Shown piece by piece: positions 48,105-60,828 of a stretch of 64,000 nt of DNA. Where the stretch lies: the NCBI GenBank assembly GCA_001179505.1, contig CDMY01000371.1, positions 33,460 to 97,459 of the forward strand, written 5' to 3'. The translations under genes and the position numbers were made by a program. The stretch's first letter is position 1, and every line of letters begins with the position of its first letter. The notes under the pieces are model-generated. The model was not told the origin of the DNA, ran no database searches, and saw only the letters and a program-made list of their open reading frames with translations. Source of the DNA: Vitrella brassicaformis CCMP3155 (taxonomy: Eukaryota; Protista; Chromerida).

Positions 48105-51100
48105 TCAAGCTGCATTGACTCTTGTTTTGCTGTCGTCGGTCCTTGTGACATGGAGCTTCACACACTGCCCGCACCACACCACCGAGCCCGACGACCCACT
48201 CCCTTGCCCACTGGTATCATGGCCATCATGTGCACCCGAGACAGAGAGCACCAAGGCAAAGTACACCTCACCCACCACACAAGGCCTCATCTCTACACGC
48301 ATCGTGTGCCACCCGCTGTCTGCCTGCGGATCACCCTTCCTGTCAAATGTCCTCTCCATGTTGCCCTCGGTCTGCAGCCAAGCCTCGACGTCAGCTGGCC
48401 CAGCACCAGGGCCGCCACCATACACAAAGGGGAAGACGCCAAGCCTCGCCGTGGGGCCGACGCCTTGATCACACCCTCCAAGTGGACCACCGATAAGGGC
48501 CTTGCCCTCGAGCACGATGGACATGTCTGCTGGGATGGAGTAACACACCATATTGCCGGGGCCGACGCATCGCTGCACCGCAGCCTGTGCTTGCTCATCG
48601 GATGTCGCAGAGATCGACAGGTCCATCTGCACCTGAAAGACAGACAGAAGAAGGGCGTACGGAAAGACAGCAGGCGAGGCGGCTTGATTGACTCTTAAGT
48701 GTGGTACCTGTCTATGAGTGTCGTTGCCAGCCATGTCGGCCACATAGTGCGGCGATGGCAGCCCAATAAAGCCCCTGCGTGGCCTCCTGCGACCGTGATG
48801 GCCCCCCAGGATGTCTTGCAGCGATGCCGCCCTCTTGACCCCCGATGCAGGGTGGCCGACCATGGTTGCCTGGTCGGAGGGCAGGCTGAGCAGCACCCAC
48901 CCCACACCCAGACGCCTGAAGAGGTGCTCCAGGCCATGCTCGGGGGTGGTCTGGCATCTGTGGGTCAGATGCAGCACTGACTCGTGTGGGCCTGCCGCAC
49001 CCACCACCTCTGCCGTGGTTGGCGCCTCATGGTCAGGGGCCGCCTCCTGGATCCAGCAGACCAGGTGCTCGTTGGCCTTGGCCTTGGTCTTGATGGAGGC
49101 CGTGATGGCCACGTGGTCAGATACCACATCGGTGGCGCCGGGGGCCGTCTCGCGACTCAACGCTGCTGTCAAGGCGGGGCTGTACATGCCTGAACTCGAG
49201 GCTGCACACACAAGACAGACAGGCAGACCCGAAAGAGAGGGAAATCTGTATGCGCTCGATTATCTTTCTGTCTGCTTTGCAGCCTCTTGTGCCTGCCTTC
49301 CTACCTACCTAATTTGGCGAGCTGTCCGACGTCGAATGCGGCGAGAGGCGAGCACCGGACCCGTTCGACAGTGAGGACATCGGCCACCGACACCTCGATG
49401 ACCAGCGATGCAATCTTCCAACGCGCGAGGGCCGCGCAGTCGTCAGCTGGACTCGTGCAGTAGCGAATGCTGCATCGCATTCACGCAGAGAACCAACCAA
49501 GCACACAAATCATTCATTAAATCATTCACTCAGTGAGTAAGTAAGCTGCGGTGTGTCGGCTGACTGACTGACCTGACGATGCATCCGGGGTGTGCTAACG
49601 AGGCGACACATTTAAGGCCCAGCAGCTGCTCGGCGCCCGGTGCGAAGACCGACGTATTGGCACCGCTCTGAACGACCGCCCAGGCCTCATCAAATGGTAT
49701 CGTCCCCTCGCCGCCCGCCGCATTCTCCCACTCGTCAAGGGCCGACAGCTCTACTGACAGGGTCTGGGCCGGCAGGCTGGAGGCGTTTCTGATGACGACA
49801 TCGACATGCACCAGCTCGCCCTCATACAGCAGCGATGACGGGAGCGGCCGCGGCACCTTGCTGCATGTGAGGGTGGGCAGCTCTTCCACCACCTCAAATG
49901 CCGTCAGGTAACTCGCCGACTTCTCGCCCGCATCGAAGAACTGTGTCTGTCGACAGTTGAGGGCCGTGAACTCCACACCAATGAGCCGCCCCCTGCCCAG
50001 CTGGCCGGCGCGCATCCACAACTCACACACGACGTCGCCATCGTCTGTCCGCCTCGCATCTTGCGGCACGATGCGGCTCCCTGCCAATGGGCCGCCCGTC
50101 GGTGTGGGGGAAGTGGATGATGCAGCGCATGACGACGGCAACACGACCGATGTGGGAGGCGTCTCGATCGGCACACCGTTTCTCTCTGCGATGAGGTGCA
50201 GCCCGTCGAGCAGCAGTGGCAGAGGCAGGTACTGGCGAAAACACAGCTCCACTTTGCACATGTCGCCACAGGGGATGATGCACGGGCCGCCAGACGGGGC
50301 AGCAACCGAGACTGTGCTGCTGGCCCGCTGCCGTTTGCCGAAGGGTGCGAAGAGGAAGACATCCCGGTGTGCTGCGGACGGTGAGGGCAGGCTGACACGG
50401 GGGGTGGGGGAGGACTCATCTTGCTCTTGTTCGGGCACACTGACCTCCACTGTGGTGGCCCACGACATGGCCGGGGCGCCGGGGATGGGCTGCCGGTGGG
50501 AGAGGGACGGGGTGACGATGTTGATGCTCACGAGAAAGGGCACAGGCGGCACACACGATTGGGGGGACAGGTGGAGACGACTGGGGTCCACCGTCACGCG
50601 CATGTCGGACGGGTCGCTGTAGACGAACATCGAGGGCACACCGCAGCTCCCGCGGCGAGAGGTGCATCGGCAGCTGCTGAGTAGCCTCAGGGGTGGGTTG
50701 ATCTGCGCGGCGACGGCCTTGAGCTGATCGATAATCATCAGACACCGCGTGAAGTCACGCTGGCCTTTGCTGACGTCCGTGGCCGTGGCCGTGGCCGTGC
50801 GGCCCGCCGGCGTGGTTTCCCTCCTGGCGCGCTCATCCACATCGATCTCCAGTGCCAGCAGGGCATAGAGGTACCACGCCTGCTTGGCCTTGCTGGCCTC
50901 ATTGGCGGCCACACCAGAGAGGAAGGTGAGCATCTGCCGCTGCAGAGATGGCCAAGAGGGTGAGCTGCAGGGCCACACACCGCAGGGGGAGGGTGTGCAC
51001 GCAAAAGGGGGCGCGGAAGGGACGCACGACGCCCGGTCGCCCGATGGACTAATCGACGGCTGCACACTGGGCGGCGAGAGCCTCAGTTTCTGCTGGTGTC

Positions 51101-53638
51101 GCGCCAGATGCTGACGGGTGGTCCTCTCGCCACTCTTGGCAGCTAGCTGCTGGTGCGCCGGTGAGGTTACTGCGCCACTAAGAACCCCACCTGCATCACC
51201 AGGATGATGCAAGCACATGGGGTCAGCTATGACGACGAAGTGCCACCATGAGGCCAGCAGAGCCACGATCCTCTCGCAGTAGTGGAGGCTCTGGGACTGC
51301 ATCGCCAGCATGATGTACCAGCCAAAGCGGCGATAGGCACCCATGTAAGCACAGCACGAGCTCGCCTGTAACAAGGCCTCCACTCGTTCCATCGGGCCCA
51401 TGTCGAGGGTGGCTGACTGATGGGGCTCTTGTGGCGTTGAGGACTCCGGGATGGCGTGTGGGCCGTCTGTGAGAGATCGAGGGGCGGCAGGGGGGAAGTG
51501 GATGGCCGACGAGAGGGAGAAGGAGCCGTCAGCCACCGGGGAGGATGCGATGGTGGCGGTTCCTGAGCGCATCGGCGGGCTGGTCTTGAGGGATGACGTC
51601 TGGGGGTACGAGTGGGAGAGCGCACGGCTGGACAGGGGGAACACGTGCTGGTCCACCAGCTTGGTCAGCAGCTCCAGGGCGGCCCGCCTGCCCTCGTACA
51701 TCATGGCCGCAGTGGCGCTGCTGCTGGAACTGCTGCTGCTGTTGCTGCTGGGCATCCGCAGCTTGACGCTCCCCGTGACACTGCTGCCCAGGGCATGTTT
51801 GTGAGCCTTGCTGCTGGTGTAGGGGTCCTCGGGCAGCGGCAGGGGCACACCACATCTGGACAGGGTGATGTACAGCCGCACCAGCTTCAATGTCCCGTCG
51901 ATGTGCGGCAGAGCCCCCATCTTTTGGAACCGCCCGAGCGCCTCTCGCTGCCGGCTGATGACCGTCGCCAGGAGTGTATTGCCCGCCTCACCCTCTGCCG
52001 TGGTGGCCGTTGTAGGGGGGGCCGAGCTGGGTGCTGAGTCAGGCTCCTCGTCCGATCCACTCGCCGCTGTGGCACTGGCGCCACCGCCGGCCTTGGACTT
52101 GATGGCCACCCCTGCTGTGGCCGTGGCGACGGCGGGAGCAATGAACTGCATCATGATGCCGCCCATTTGCTTCTTGTGGCGGCTGTCGCACAGCTTCTGC
52201 ACCACCGATGGGAAGGACGGGCCAGGCATGGCCGACGACACGAGCGACTCGCCAGATGAGCCAGTGGTGAGAGCCCCCGTGCTGTTGCCGCCCTTGGCCT
52301 TGAGCTGCACCTCACCAGCCCGCAACCTGTGCTGCAAATAGAGGTAAAGCGCCCCGGCCTCAGCCTCCATCGTGGCTGCATGCCATAACGGGTCGCCCTC
52401 CGTGCCCGACGAGTGGGAGGGCTTCATGACCTCCACGGCCGTGGCGTAGAAGGAGAGTGCGTCGATAGGCGAGCCGACGAGCAGACAGAGGTCGCCCTTG
52501 TACTTGTGCTCCCGGTTGGCCTGCTGCTGCTGGTGAGGCGTGGCCCGGGAGGTGAGAAACTGGGGTGCGAGGTCCAGAGGGGTGTGCAGGGATGGGGAGC
52601 GGCCGAAGAGGGTGCCCAGCTGACGCATCAGGAAGGTGCAGAAATCATGCCTGCTTCCATCCATCAAGTGACAGACAAGAAGGCAAAGCAACAAAATGTG
52701 TGTGCGAATGAATGGACAGGGTGTGGCGTGGTGCGGTGTCCTTATTTATGTTCATACATGACGGTTGTGATGTAGTGGCTCAGGTGACGCTTATCCTGTC
52801 AGTCAGGACACACACGCACCCACACACCACACACACACACTCCCTCTCTGGTGGGTGGCTCATGTATGTTGTCAGTTAGTTCCTTGGTCACTCACTCACT
52901 GACTCACTGACTCACTGACTGACTCACCTGGTTGGGGAAGAGCACATAGTGGTCGAGTTCTTTCGAACGTGCCTCCCTCAGCTTGTGGGTCCCCTCCCCG
53001 CCACCATCACCATCCTCTTCCCTCTCAGGGAGCTCCTGCTGGTGGTCCAGTGGCTCGAACGCCAGCAGCCGGTGCACCAAGACGCTCCGCAGCCCACTCA
53101 CTCGCCTCTGGTAGTCGCTCTTGTAGAGCTCCCGCGGGTCGCCACCGCACGAGGGGCAGTGCAAGAACCCCAGGGCACCGTAGATCTGGTGCGACGGCCA
53201 CAGCCAGTCCCAGTCGCCGGGCTCATAGATGGTGGCCTCGGAGGTGCCATCGAGGTCATCTGCCTCGATGAATGACAGGCGGAGTGCGCCGTGCTGTCTG
53301 GGCAAGTGGTGGAAGGGCGACAGATAGGGGTCCAGCGGCGAGAGCGTCAAGCTGGCGAGGTCAATGACGCTGCACGACTCCCGGATCCAGCTGGCATACT
53401 GCAAACACATGATAGACGCATTCAACAGACCGATGACAGACAGCGAATGATGAATGAATGAATCAGTCAAGAGCCGGCGCTGCTCGGACATACGGCAGCC
53501 TCTCGTTCATTCCTCTCTTTCTCTGTCTGTCTGTCCATCACTTGGTGTCACCTTTCGGAATTGTGTGTGGTCTGTCTTGCCGACGGGGAAGAGCAGCACG
53601 CGTATTGTCCACGCCGATTCAAACGATGCATCCAACAT
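48105..53638 (-). CDS. TRAPPC9: TRAPP II subunit TRAPPC9/Trs120-like
   Basis: The N-terminal IRVLLFPVG..F..Y, SPF..GALRLSF and HQIYGALGFLHC match the Trs120 N-terminus. KYKGDLCLLVGSPIDALSFY..DPLWHAATME is the conserved TRAPPC9 motif. The C-terminal exons (49464-49309, ~49198 onward) join in phase. Confidence 0.85.
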
Positions 53639-53694
53639 CACTCTCACCGACAAACGTACCAGCCACCACCCTGGAGCTTCCCTCCTGCAATTCT

Positions 53695-53702
53695 AAGCTC
53701 GC
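53695..53702 (+). promoter_or_regulatory. Candidate motif AAGCTCGC near the TRAPPC9 start (antisense orientation)
   Basis: 57 bp upstream of ATG 53638. Confidence 0.4.
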
Positions 53703-53955
53703 AAATGGCAGGAATTTCATTCATTCATTCGTTTGTCACGTAGCATCCATGCATCGACAGAAGAGGACACTGTAGTGCCGAAAACGGCTCTTCAATCGAA
53801 TCAATCAAATCAATCACTATCGAGCCACACGTACGTCCATTTTATGCAGACGCGTGTGACGTCACAAGGCCATCCATCCATCTGTCTGTCTGTCTGTCTG
53901 CACATTCCCCCTGGAGGCATCCACGCCCTGCATGCAATCAGTCAGCCACAGTCAG

Positions 53956-56272
53956 TCAGTTGTGCATTTGGCGCCTCTGTATGGCATGCATCTTCTGCTC
54001 CAGCGGCGACATCTTCTTCTGGTCCCTCCCGCTCCCGCCCCCCTCGTCCTCACCATCCCCATTGCTATCCTCCTCCTTGTCGCTCCGCGACACAGACATG
54101 TCAGCGGGCGGCCGGCGCAACCGACGCCGCCTCTTACGCTGACCCTCCTCGCCCTCGCCCCCGTTGGCCTCATCGGCCTGGTCCTCTCCGTCGGCTCGTC
54201 GGAGGCGTCGGCCTCGCCTGGGCGGTGGATGACGGCCCTTGTCATCATCGATGAGCATGTCATTGTCGTTGCCCAGGGGTGGCATGTGTGTGGGGTGGGG
54301 TGGGAGGGGGGGCAGGAACGGGCCTGGTGCGGCACCTGCTGCCGACGATGCTGACGCTGCAGCTGCAGCACCAGCACCAGCCGCCGCAGCCTGGACCCAA
54401 AGGAAGGGGAAAGAAACGATGGCTGTTGTCGGTCATGTCTCTTGTGATATGACTGACCTGTCTGTTGTCACGGCGCCTGTGGTCATGATTAGGTTGTCTC
54501 TGGTCCGCTCGCCCCGCGCGTCGCCTGTGGTCGTCGGATGCCGATGAAGATGAGCACTCGATGACGTCGCCATTGACGATGAACCCACTAAGGGAACTAG
54601 ACGACTCAGACGAGCTCTGCACACACCACCCGAGACATACACCGCAACATGAAGGAATGAATCGACGGACGGGTGCATGTCGGTGCTGTGAGTGAGTGAG
54701 TGAGTGAAGGTGCATCCGTCTGTCTGTCTGTCTGTACCCTCCAGACATCGCCCCCATCCGTGGGTTCCCTCCTGCCTCTCCCTCTGCGGCCCCCAGGCCG
54801 CCCCACCCTGCCCCGGCCCCTCACATGCCCCTGACGCCTCACCGGCCGACCGCCGCGTCGCCCACCCCTCCCCCTGCCCTCGTCAGCACGACCTCTTTGG
54901 CTGGCCGCCACCTGTGCGTTGATGGCCGCTGTGCATTGGGGGCAGAACCACTCGCCCTCGGGGACAGCGGGGAGGCCAAGGCAGTAGGTGTGGTAGGCCG
55001 CTGGGCAGGGACGGTTGTCGCACAGCAGCAGCTGGTCCTCATTATCACCCGCACCGCACTCCCAGCAATACAACTGGTCCCACCCCTCCGCTGAGTGAGG
55101 GAGGGAGTCAGGGAGGGAGGGACCACACACCACAACACACAGACCAGGTGGCAGACCGGAGTGTTTCTTTCGCTAAAGGCCGGCCCCTCTGTCTGTCTGC
55201 CTGTCCCTCCCTGCGTATGTGTGAGGTGGTTCAACCTTACGGATCATGTCGTCGTCTTCAGCCTGGTCGACCTGCAGTTCCTTGGGTTCGACGGGCATGG
55301 TCTCGAGGACCTGACTGGTGGCCATGGAGACCTTCCCGATAGACGTGAAGCTCAGCTTGCACAGGGGGCAGTGGTTGGTCACGGCAGCCCACTTGACGAT
55401 GCACGAGTGGCAGTACATGTGGCCGCAGCAGTCCAGCAGACCCCGGTGCTCGATCTCACTGCTCTCCGTCAGGCAAATCATGCACGGGTCCGACGCCGAC
55501 GCATCACCGCCCCCCTCACCCTCTCCCTCTCCGCCTCCCTCACCATCTTCCACAGCAGCAGGCCTCCTCTTCCGCGCGGCCATCTTCTGTGCGAGCCGCT
55601 CATGCAGGGGTGGTGGTGCTGCTGCAGACGGGGCGTCACCAGCACCCAGGCCCATGACCTCGTCAGGCTGCTCATCTTGGCCTATGGCCGGTGCCGCTGC
55701 CGCTGCTGATGCAGATGCAGATGCAGATGCAGATGCCGCTGATGCTGCTGCAGCGTCGGCCGCTGAGGCTTGGCGCTTAAATGGTGGAATGAAGGGCCGC
55801 CTCTTGCGGATGGGGTTGACGGGCGGCTGGTGGGGCTGCTGATCTTGACACTGGGGGCAGTACTTGAACTCATCCAGGAACTGCAGCTCCTGATCATCCA
55901 CCTTGTCCTCGCGCTCCTGACCACCCTGACCGGCCTCTGCAGCCGCCGCTGGCTGCCGATCTGCCGCAAGTGAGGGTGTCTGGTGGGCCTGCTGCTGTGC
56001 CTCCCGCAGCGCAGGCCTGCGGAATGGCACGCGACGCAGCTCACGCCTGGGCCACAGGCGAGGGCGATGGGGCGGGCAGCCCGCGTCGGCATCGGCCTCG
56101 AAGGCACCACCCTCCTGCTGCTGGTGGTGCTGCTGGTGCTGGTGCTGATCTGATGGTGGGTTGTGTTGGTTGGCGTCGGGTGGTGGGGAGAGCAGCCGCC
56201 TGTGTCGTGGAGGGAAGCGGGGGTTGCTCCAGATGGTGATCAGGTCGGGGTTGTTGCACAGCACTCCCGCCT

Positions 56273-56324
<52 letters not shown>

Positions 56325-57292
56325 ATGGATTATGGGCGACGTCGTAGTTTCCCCTCCCTCAGTTGGCTCACTTCTCGAAGCTGTGCGAATACGGACATCC
56401 GACGCTGCCTGCTGGGTGGCGCTGGCTGTGGTGGCGGGCTGGGCTGCCCACCAACACCCGAATCACAACAGTCGCCAAAGATGGAGTCCAGCAGATCATC
56501 CGCACCACCCCGCTCCCGCACCTCTTGCCCCTCATCAGACGGTGGCCTCACGCCCCCACCTGCACCGGCAGCGTCACTGGCACCAGCACCGGCCATGAAA
56601 TTGTACATGGCAGCACCTCTCCCCCGCCCGCGGAAGGGTCGTCGCGCCAGCCGCCTCACTGGCCGCTCAGCAGCTGCTGCCGGCAGTGCATCAGAGGGGT
56701 GATTGGGGGGCTCTGACGGGTCTGCCACCTTGTGGTCGTCCCCAGCAATGGGAGAGGGGCGGGGCTGGAATGCGCTAGCTGAGTCGCTGGTGGCGTTCCC
56801 ATCAACGGTTGCGGGCTGGTCCACGGGCTCGGTAGCGAGGGAGCCCGTGGTGCCGACCTGATGATGACCAGATGCCGATGCGGGGGCCTCTGTGTCGGCT
56901 GTGGTCGTGAGCGTGAACCTGTAGATGAGCTCGGACTTGTTCCTCGGCCCAAACACCACCTCGTCGCCCTCACACAAATCTACAGTGGCCTTCCGGTGCA
57001 AACAGCCATTAACCTCGACGCCATTGACGCCCACCACCTCGAGCCGATAAGTGTAGCCATGGGAAGGGCCGTATGCAGACGATGAGGATGCGCTGGCAGC
57101 AGCTGTGGGTGTGCGGATGACGGTGGCGTGGTGGCGAGATATCATGTGATGGTGGCAGCTGTCCACACGCGCCTCGACCCATGGAGCACGGCCTATGCGG
57201 GTCTCATCCGACCTCAGATGGATGACACGGGGCTGCACAGTGGTTGCGGCACACGCCTCACCACCACCTCTCGCGGAAGACACAACCAGCAT
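53956..57292 (-). CDS. FHA + RING + PHD finger protein (5 exons)
   Basis: FHA: TRIGR..MISRHHATV..GVNGVEVNG..LCEGDEVVFG. RING: CMICL..CCGHMYCHSCIVKWAAVTNHCPLCK. PHD: CWECGAGDNEDQLLLCDNRPCPAAYHTYCLGLPAVPEGEWFCPQC. Introns join in phase. Confidence 0.88.
56275..56323. repeat. Compound (CA)n(GA)n microsatellite; representative of the many intronic SSRs in the window
   Basis: acacacac...agagagag within an intron of the FHA-RING-PHD gene. Confidence 0.95.
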
Positions 57293-57499
57293 CTAATCGA
57301 TGAATGGGCAATGCGCCGTCATGTGCCGCGCATCGTTCTCGGGGGAGGAGGGTTTTGAAACCCTGGACCCTAGCGAGCTCAGCGCAGTCCCTCTCCCTGT
57401 TCTTCACAGCTCGAGGAGGTATTCGGCGTGTTGAGGACGCCTGGCGCAGCCAGCTATCTATTTGCTGTCGAAAACACGGTGTTCGGCCTCTGAGCGAGG

Positions 57500-60060
57500 A
57501 TGCTGCAGCCTTCGGCGTCCTCATGGCAGGCCGCCCTGCCATTCGTCGACTCATTAGAGGGTCTAGGGCCCTACACACAGCTATTGGCCGTGGCGGGCGC
57601 CCTGTCCCTGCTGCTGCTGCTGGCGTACCTCGTGAGCCTTCTGCAGAAGCCCGTCGCATCTGTGTCTGGTGAGGCTCAGCCGTCGGAGAATGGCGAGGAG
57701 AAGGAGGGGGGAGCGAGCCCGAGCATCAGGGCAGCGCCGATTGGCCGAATGCTCAAGAACATGTCGGCTCAGAGCCTGCAGGCGCTCTTCTACCGCTCGC
57801 TTTCTGCGAACAGGGGCATGGCCGACACAAGTAAGTAAACCACATGTCGACGGATGCATCGAGGGAGGGAGGGATGGCACCGTGCTGTGCCCACCAGCGT
57901 TGATTGATTGACTAATCTGTGCTGTTTATGTGTCCTATATGTATCTCCTGCAACGATCTTTGGTCAGGTTCTTCGCCTCGCGAGACGAGATCTGAGTGTC
58001 CGTCGCCCTACCCCTCTCTGCCACGGCACCGCAACCAGCGGCCCCCACAAAACGGAGCCGACAGATATGACATACTCAACAAGTAACTAATATGCATCAC
58101 ACTCACACACACACACACAGAAAGGGCCGCATCGCCTCCCCTCCCCACCTGCCCGTCTGTGTGTCTGTGCACACGTGTGTGGGTCTGTCTGTCTGTCTGT
58201 CTGTCAGGTATCACCACTACTTGTACTTCTACCCCCGTGCTTTATCAGCGCCATTCTTCAACCCCCTTCTGCATCTGCAGCCCCCTATAGGCGGCCGCTT
58301 CTCTTTGCTGGGTCGGCGGGAGTCCCAGCAGCAGCCTTTGCAGGGGCTGGGCCCCATGCACCCACAGTATCTGCTCTCGGACCGAGGCAGCTGGCTTTAC
58401 ACCAGGAGGTGGCTGCACAACGCCGCCGACCCCACACACAAGACCAAGGCCATCATATTCCTCGCACACGGATGGGGTAACACAGACGCACTCATGGACG
58501 GACATTTTCTCTCCATATGATATCATGTGTTTTGCTGTGTGGCGTGTGGTGTGGTGTGTTGTGTTACGTTGCCCTCTCTCCCCTTTCGTCCCCCCGTAGG
58601 TGAGCATGGGTCTCGTTACGAGCATGTGTGTCAGGAGCTGGCCCGTCGGGGGTTTGACGTGTACAACATGGACTTCGAGGCACACGGCCAGTCGGAGCAG
58701 CCACACGGATGTATGGCATACTTCAAGGCCTTCTCAGACCATGTCAACGACATGCACAAATTCGTCCACACCGGTCAGTCAGTGCACTGCACTGGGCGCA
58801 GCAAGGGAGGGATGGCAGAATGCTGCAAGTGTGTGTGCGTGTGGTTGTAGTCATGTCGAATCGTCCTGACGCGCCTTTTGTGCCCAAGTACATTGTCGGC
58901 CACAGTATGGGCTCACTCGTCTCCTTCCACCTATGCCTCCAGGTAGCTACACAGAGTACACACACTCGTGTATGTGTTGATCCATCCATCCATCCCTGGG
59001 TGTGTGTGTGTGTGTGCAGCATCCCCGTCTGTTTGACGGTTTGGTGATGCTGTCTCCGTTCATCCAGGGCCCCCCAGACGTGGAGATCATCCGCAACTCA
59101 CCCACACTCAGGACACTCGCCAAACTGCTGTCCGACTACATGCCCAAGGTAGGTAGGGGACCACAACCACACACATCACACACAGCCGGAATGGAATGGA
59201 ATGCAGATCGGATTCCCTCTTTGTGGTGTGCTGTGTGTGTTCATTGATATTATACGTGTCAGTCTTGGTATAGGAAGGGCGACGTGTCTGTGGTGTCTCG
59301 TGTGAGCTCTGTGGTGGCGAGCTACATGAAGGATCCCCTGCTCTACAGGGGCGGCGTGCCCTTCCGGGTTGGCTGGGAATTGCTCGAAGCTGGCTCTAAA
59401 GCTAAGGCTCAGGCGCACGTAAGTCTCACACACACAGGTCAGCACACACAGGACAGGGAAGGGCCTGCATATCTGTGTGTGTGTGTGTGTGTGTGGAATC
59501 ACTCAGGAGTTGCGTGTGCCGGTGTTTTTGTGTCACGGCGAGATGGACAAGCTGGCCTACCCCGAGGGCACCATGTGGATGCTCCAGGCCCTCACAGGCA
59601 CTCAAGACAAGACTCTCAAAATCATCCCACAAGCCTACCACGGTATATACACGCAAATGAGCGCACCGCACCCAGCCCAGCCACCCACCACAGACAGACA
59701 CCTCATTGAGGTGTGCGTGTGTATTAATGTCTGTCGTCATGTGATTGATCAGAGTTGCTGCACGAGGTCGAGTGGCGTGACGTGTTGGGCGACATCATCA
59801 CCTGGATCCAGGTCCGCATCCACAGACACTCACCGCCCATGCGCCCGCAGCAGCCACACCCCCACACCCTTGCTACTCAACCTGACGACCAAGACCAGCA
59901 ACAAGACCCATCAGCACCACCACCGGAACCACGAGGCCTCTCCCCACAAGCGTCCTTATCAGGGGAGGACGTCAAGTCGTCGGCCGCCATTGCCGCATCG
60001 AGTGAGCAGCCGAGGACGTCTGTGTCGACACCGGAGGCATCGCCAGTGGACCGCGAATGA
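57500..60060 (+). CDS. Alpha/beta hydrolase, monoacylglycerol lipase/lysophospholipase family, with N-terminal hydrophobic anchor
   Basis: AIIFLAHGW|GEHGSRY, MDFEAHGQS, nucleophile GHSMG, DPLLYRG, LCHGEMDKL (Asp) and YH|ELLHE (His). The N-terminus carries LLAVAGALSLLLLLAYLVSLL. Confidence 0.92.
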
Positions 60061-60828
60061 AGGAGGCATGGCATGCAGGGCAGGAGGGAGGGGAGGGAGC
60101 ATGTGCAGCGCAGAGGGAGGGAAGAGGCCCGTCTCCCTGCCTGCCTGTGTGTCCGGCCCGCCTCACAAAACGGGTGTGGGCGGGCGGCCGATGTGGGCGG
60201 CGGAAGGGCAGGTCGATGATTCCCTCAGTGCACAGGGCAGAGAGGAGAATGTTGTGGGTTTGGGCTTGGTTTTGGCTGGCTGCCTGGCTGGCTGGCTGGC
60301 TGGCCCAGGGAACAAGGCCTATTTGTTCGTGGGGCGGTGGGGGAGAGGTGCGTGGTGCCGTTTACGTAGCAGGTACATACTTATATGATGCATTCTTGCA
60401 GGTAGCCGTGGCGTCTGTCCGCACGAGTGTGTGTGTGCGTACGTCAGTGTGTGTGTGTGTGGTGCGGTAGAGTTTCTCACAGGTGCCTCATGCGCTCGCT
60501 GCCATTCAGATAGACAGAGACCCAGTCGATGTGATGTATGTGACACTGACATGGGGTCGAACACACGCGTACACACAGCCATGGATGGATGGATGGATGC
60601 CTGCATAAAGTCACGAAAACAATCGCTGCCACCCCTCACACACACACGATATCGACAAATAGCAGACAGACAGAGAGAGAGCGAGACAAAAGGAACAAAT
60701 CGCCCATCCGTCACCTCAGCAGCCAATTAAAGGAAGGGCGCCCATCCCCCACCCCTTTAGTCAGACCTGTGTCTAGTATCACGACACGCCTGCCCCTCCC
60801 CCCCTACACACATCTACATAGCTGCATC

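Noticed and set aside
37355-53638. Functional cluster of trafficking genes (AP1M1, TRAPPC9) or nuclear-envelope genes (NUP42, Src1-like)
   Set aside because: They are interleaved with unrelated genes, which is consistent with chance in a gene-dense genome.
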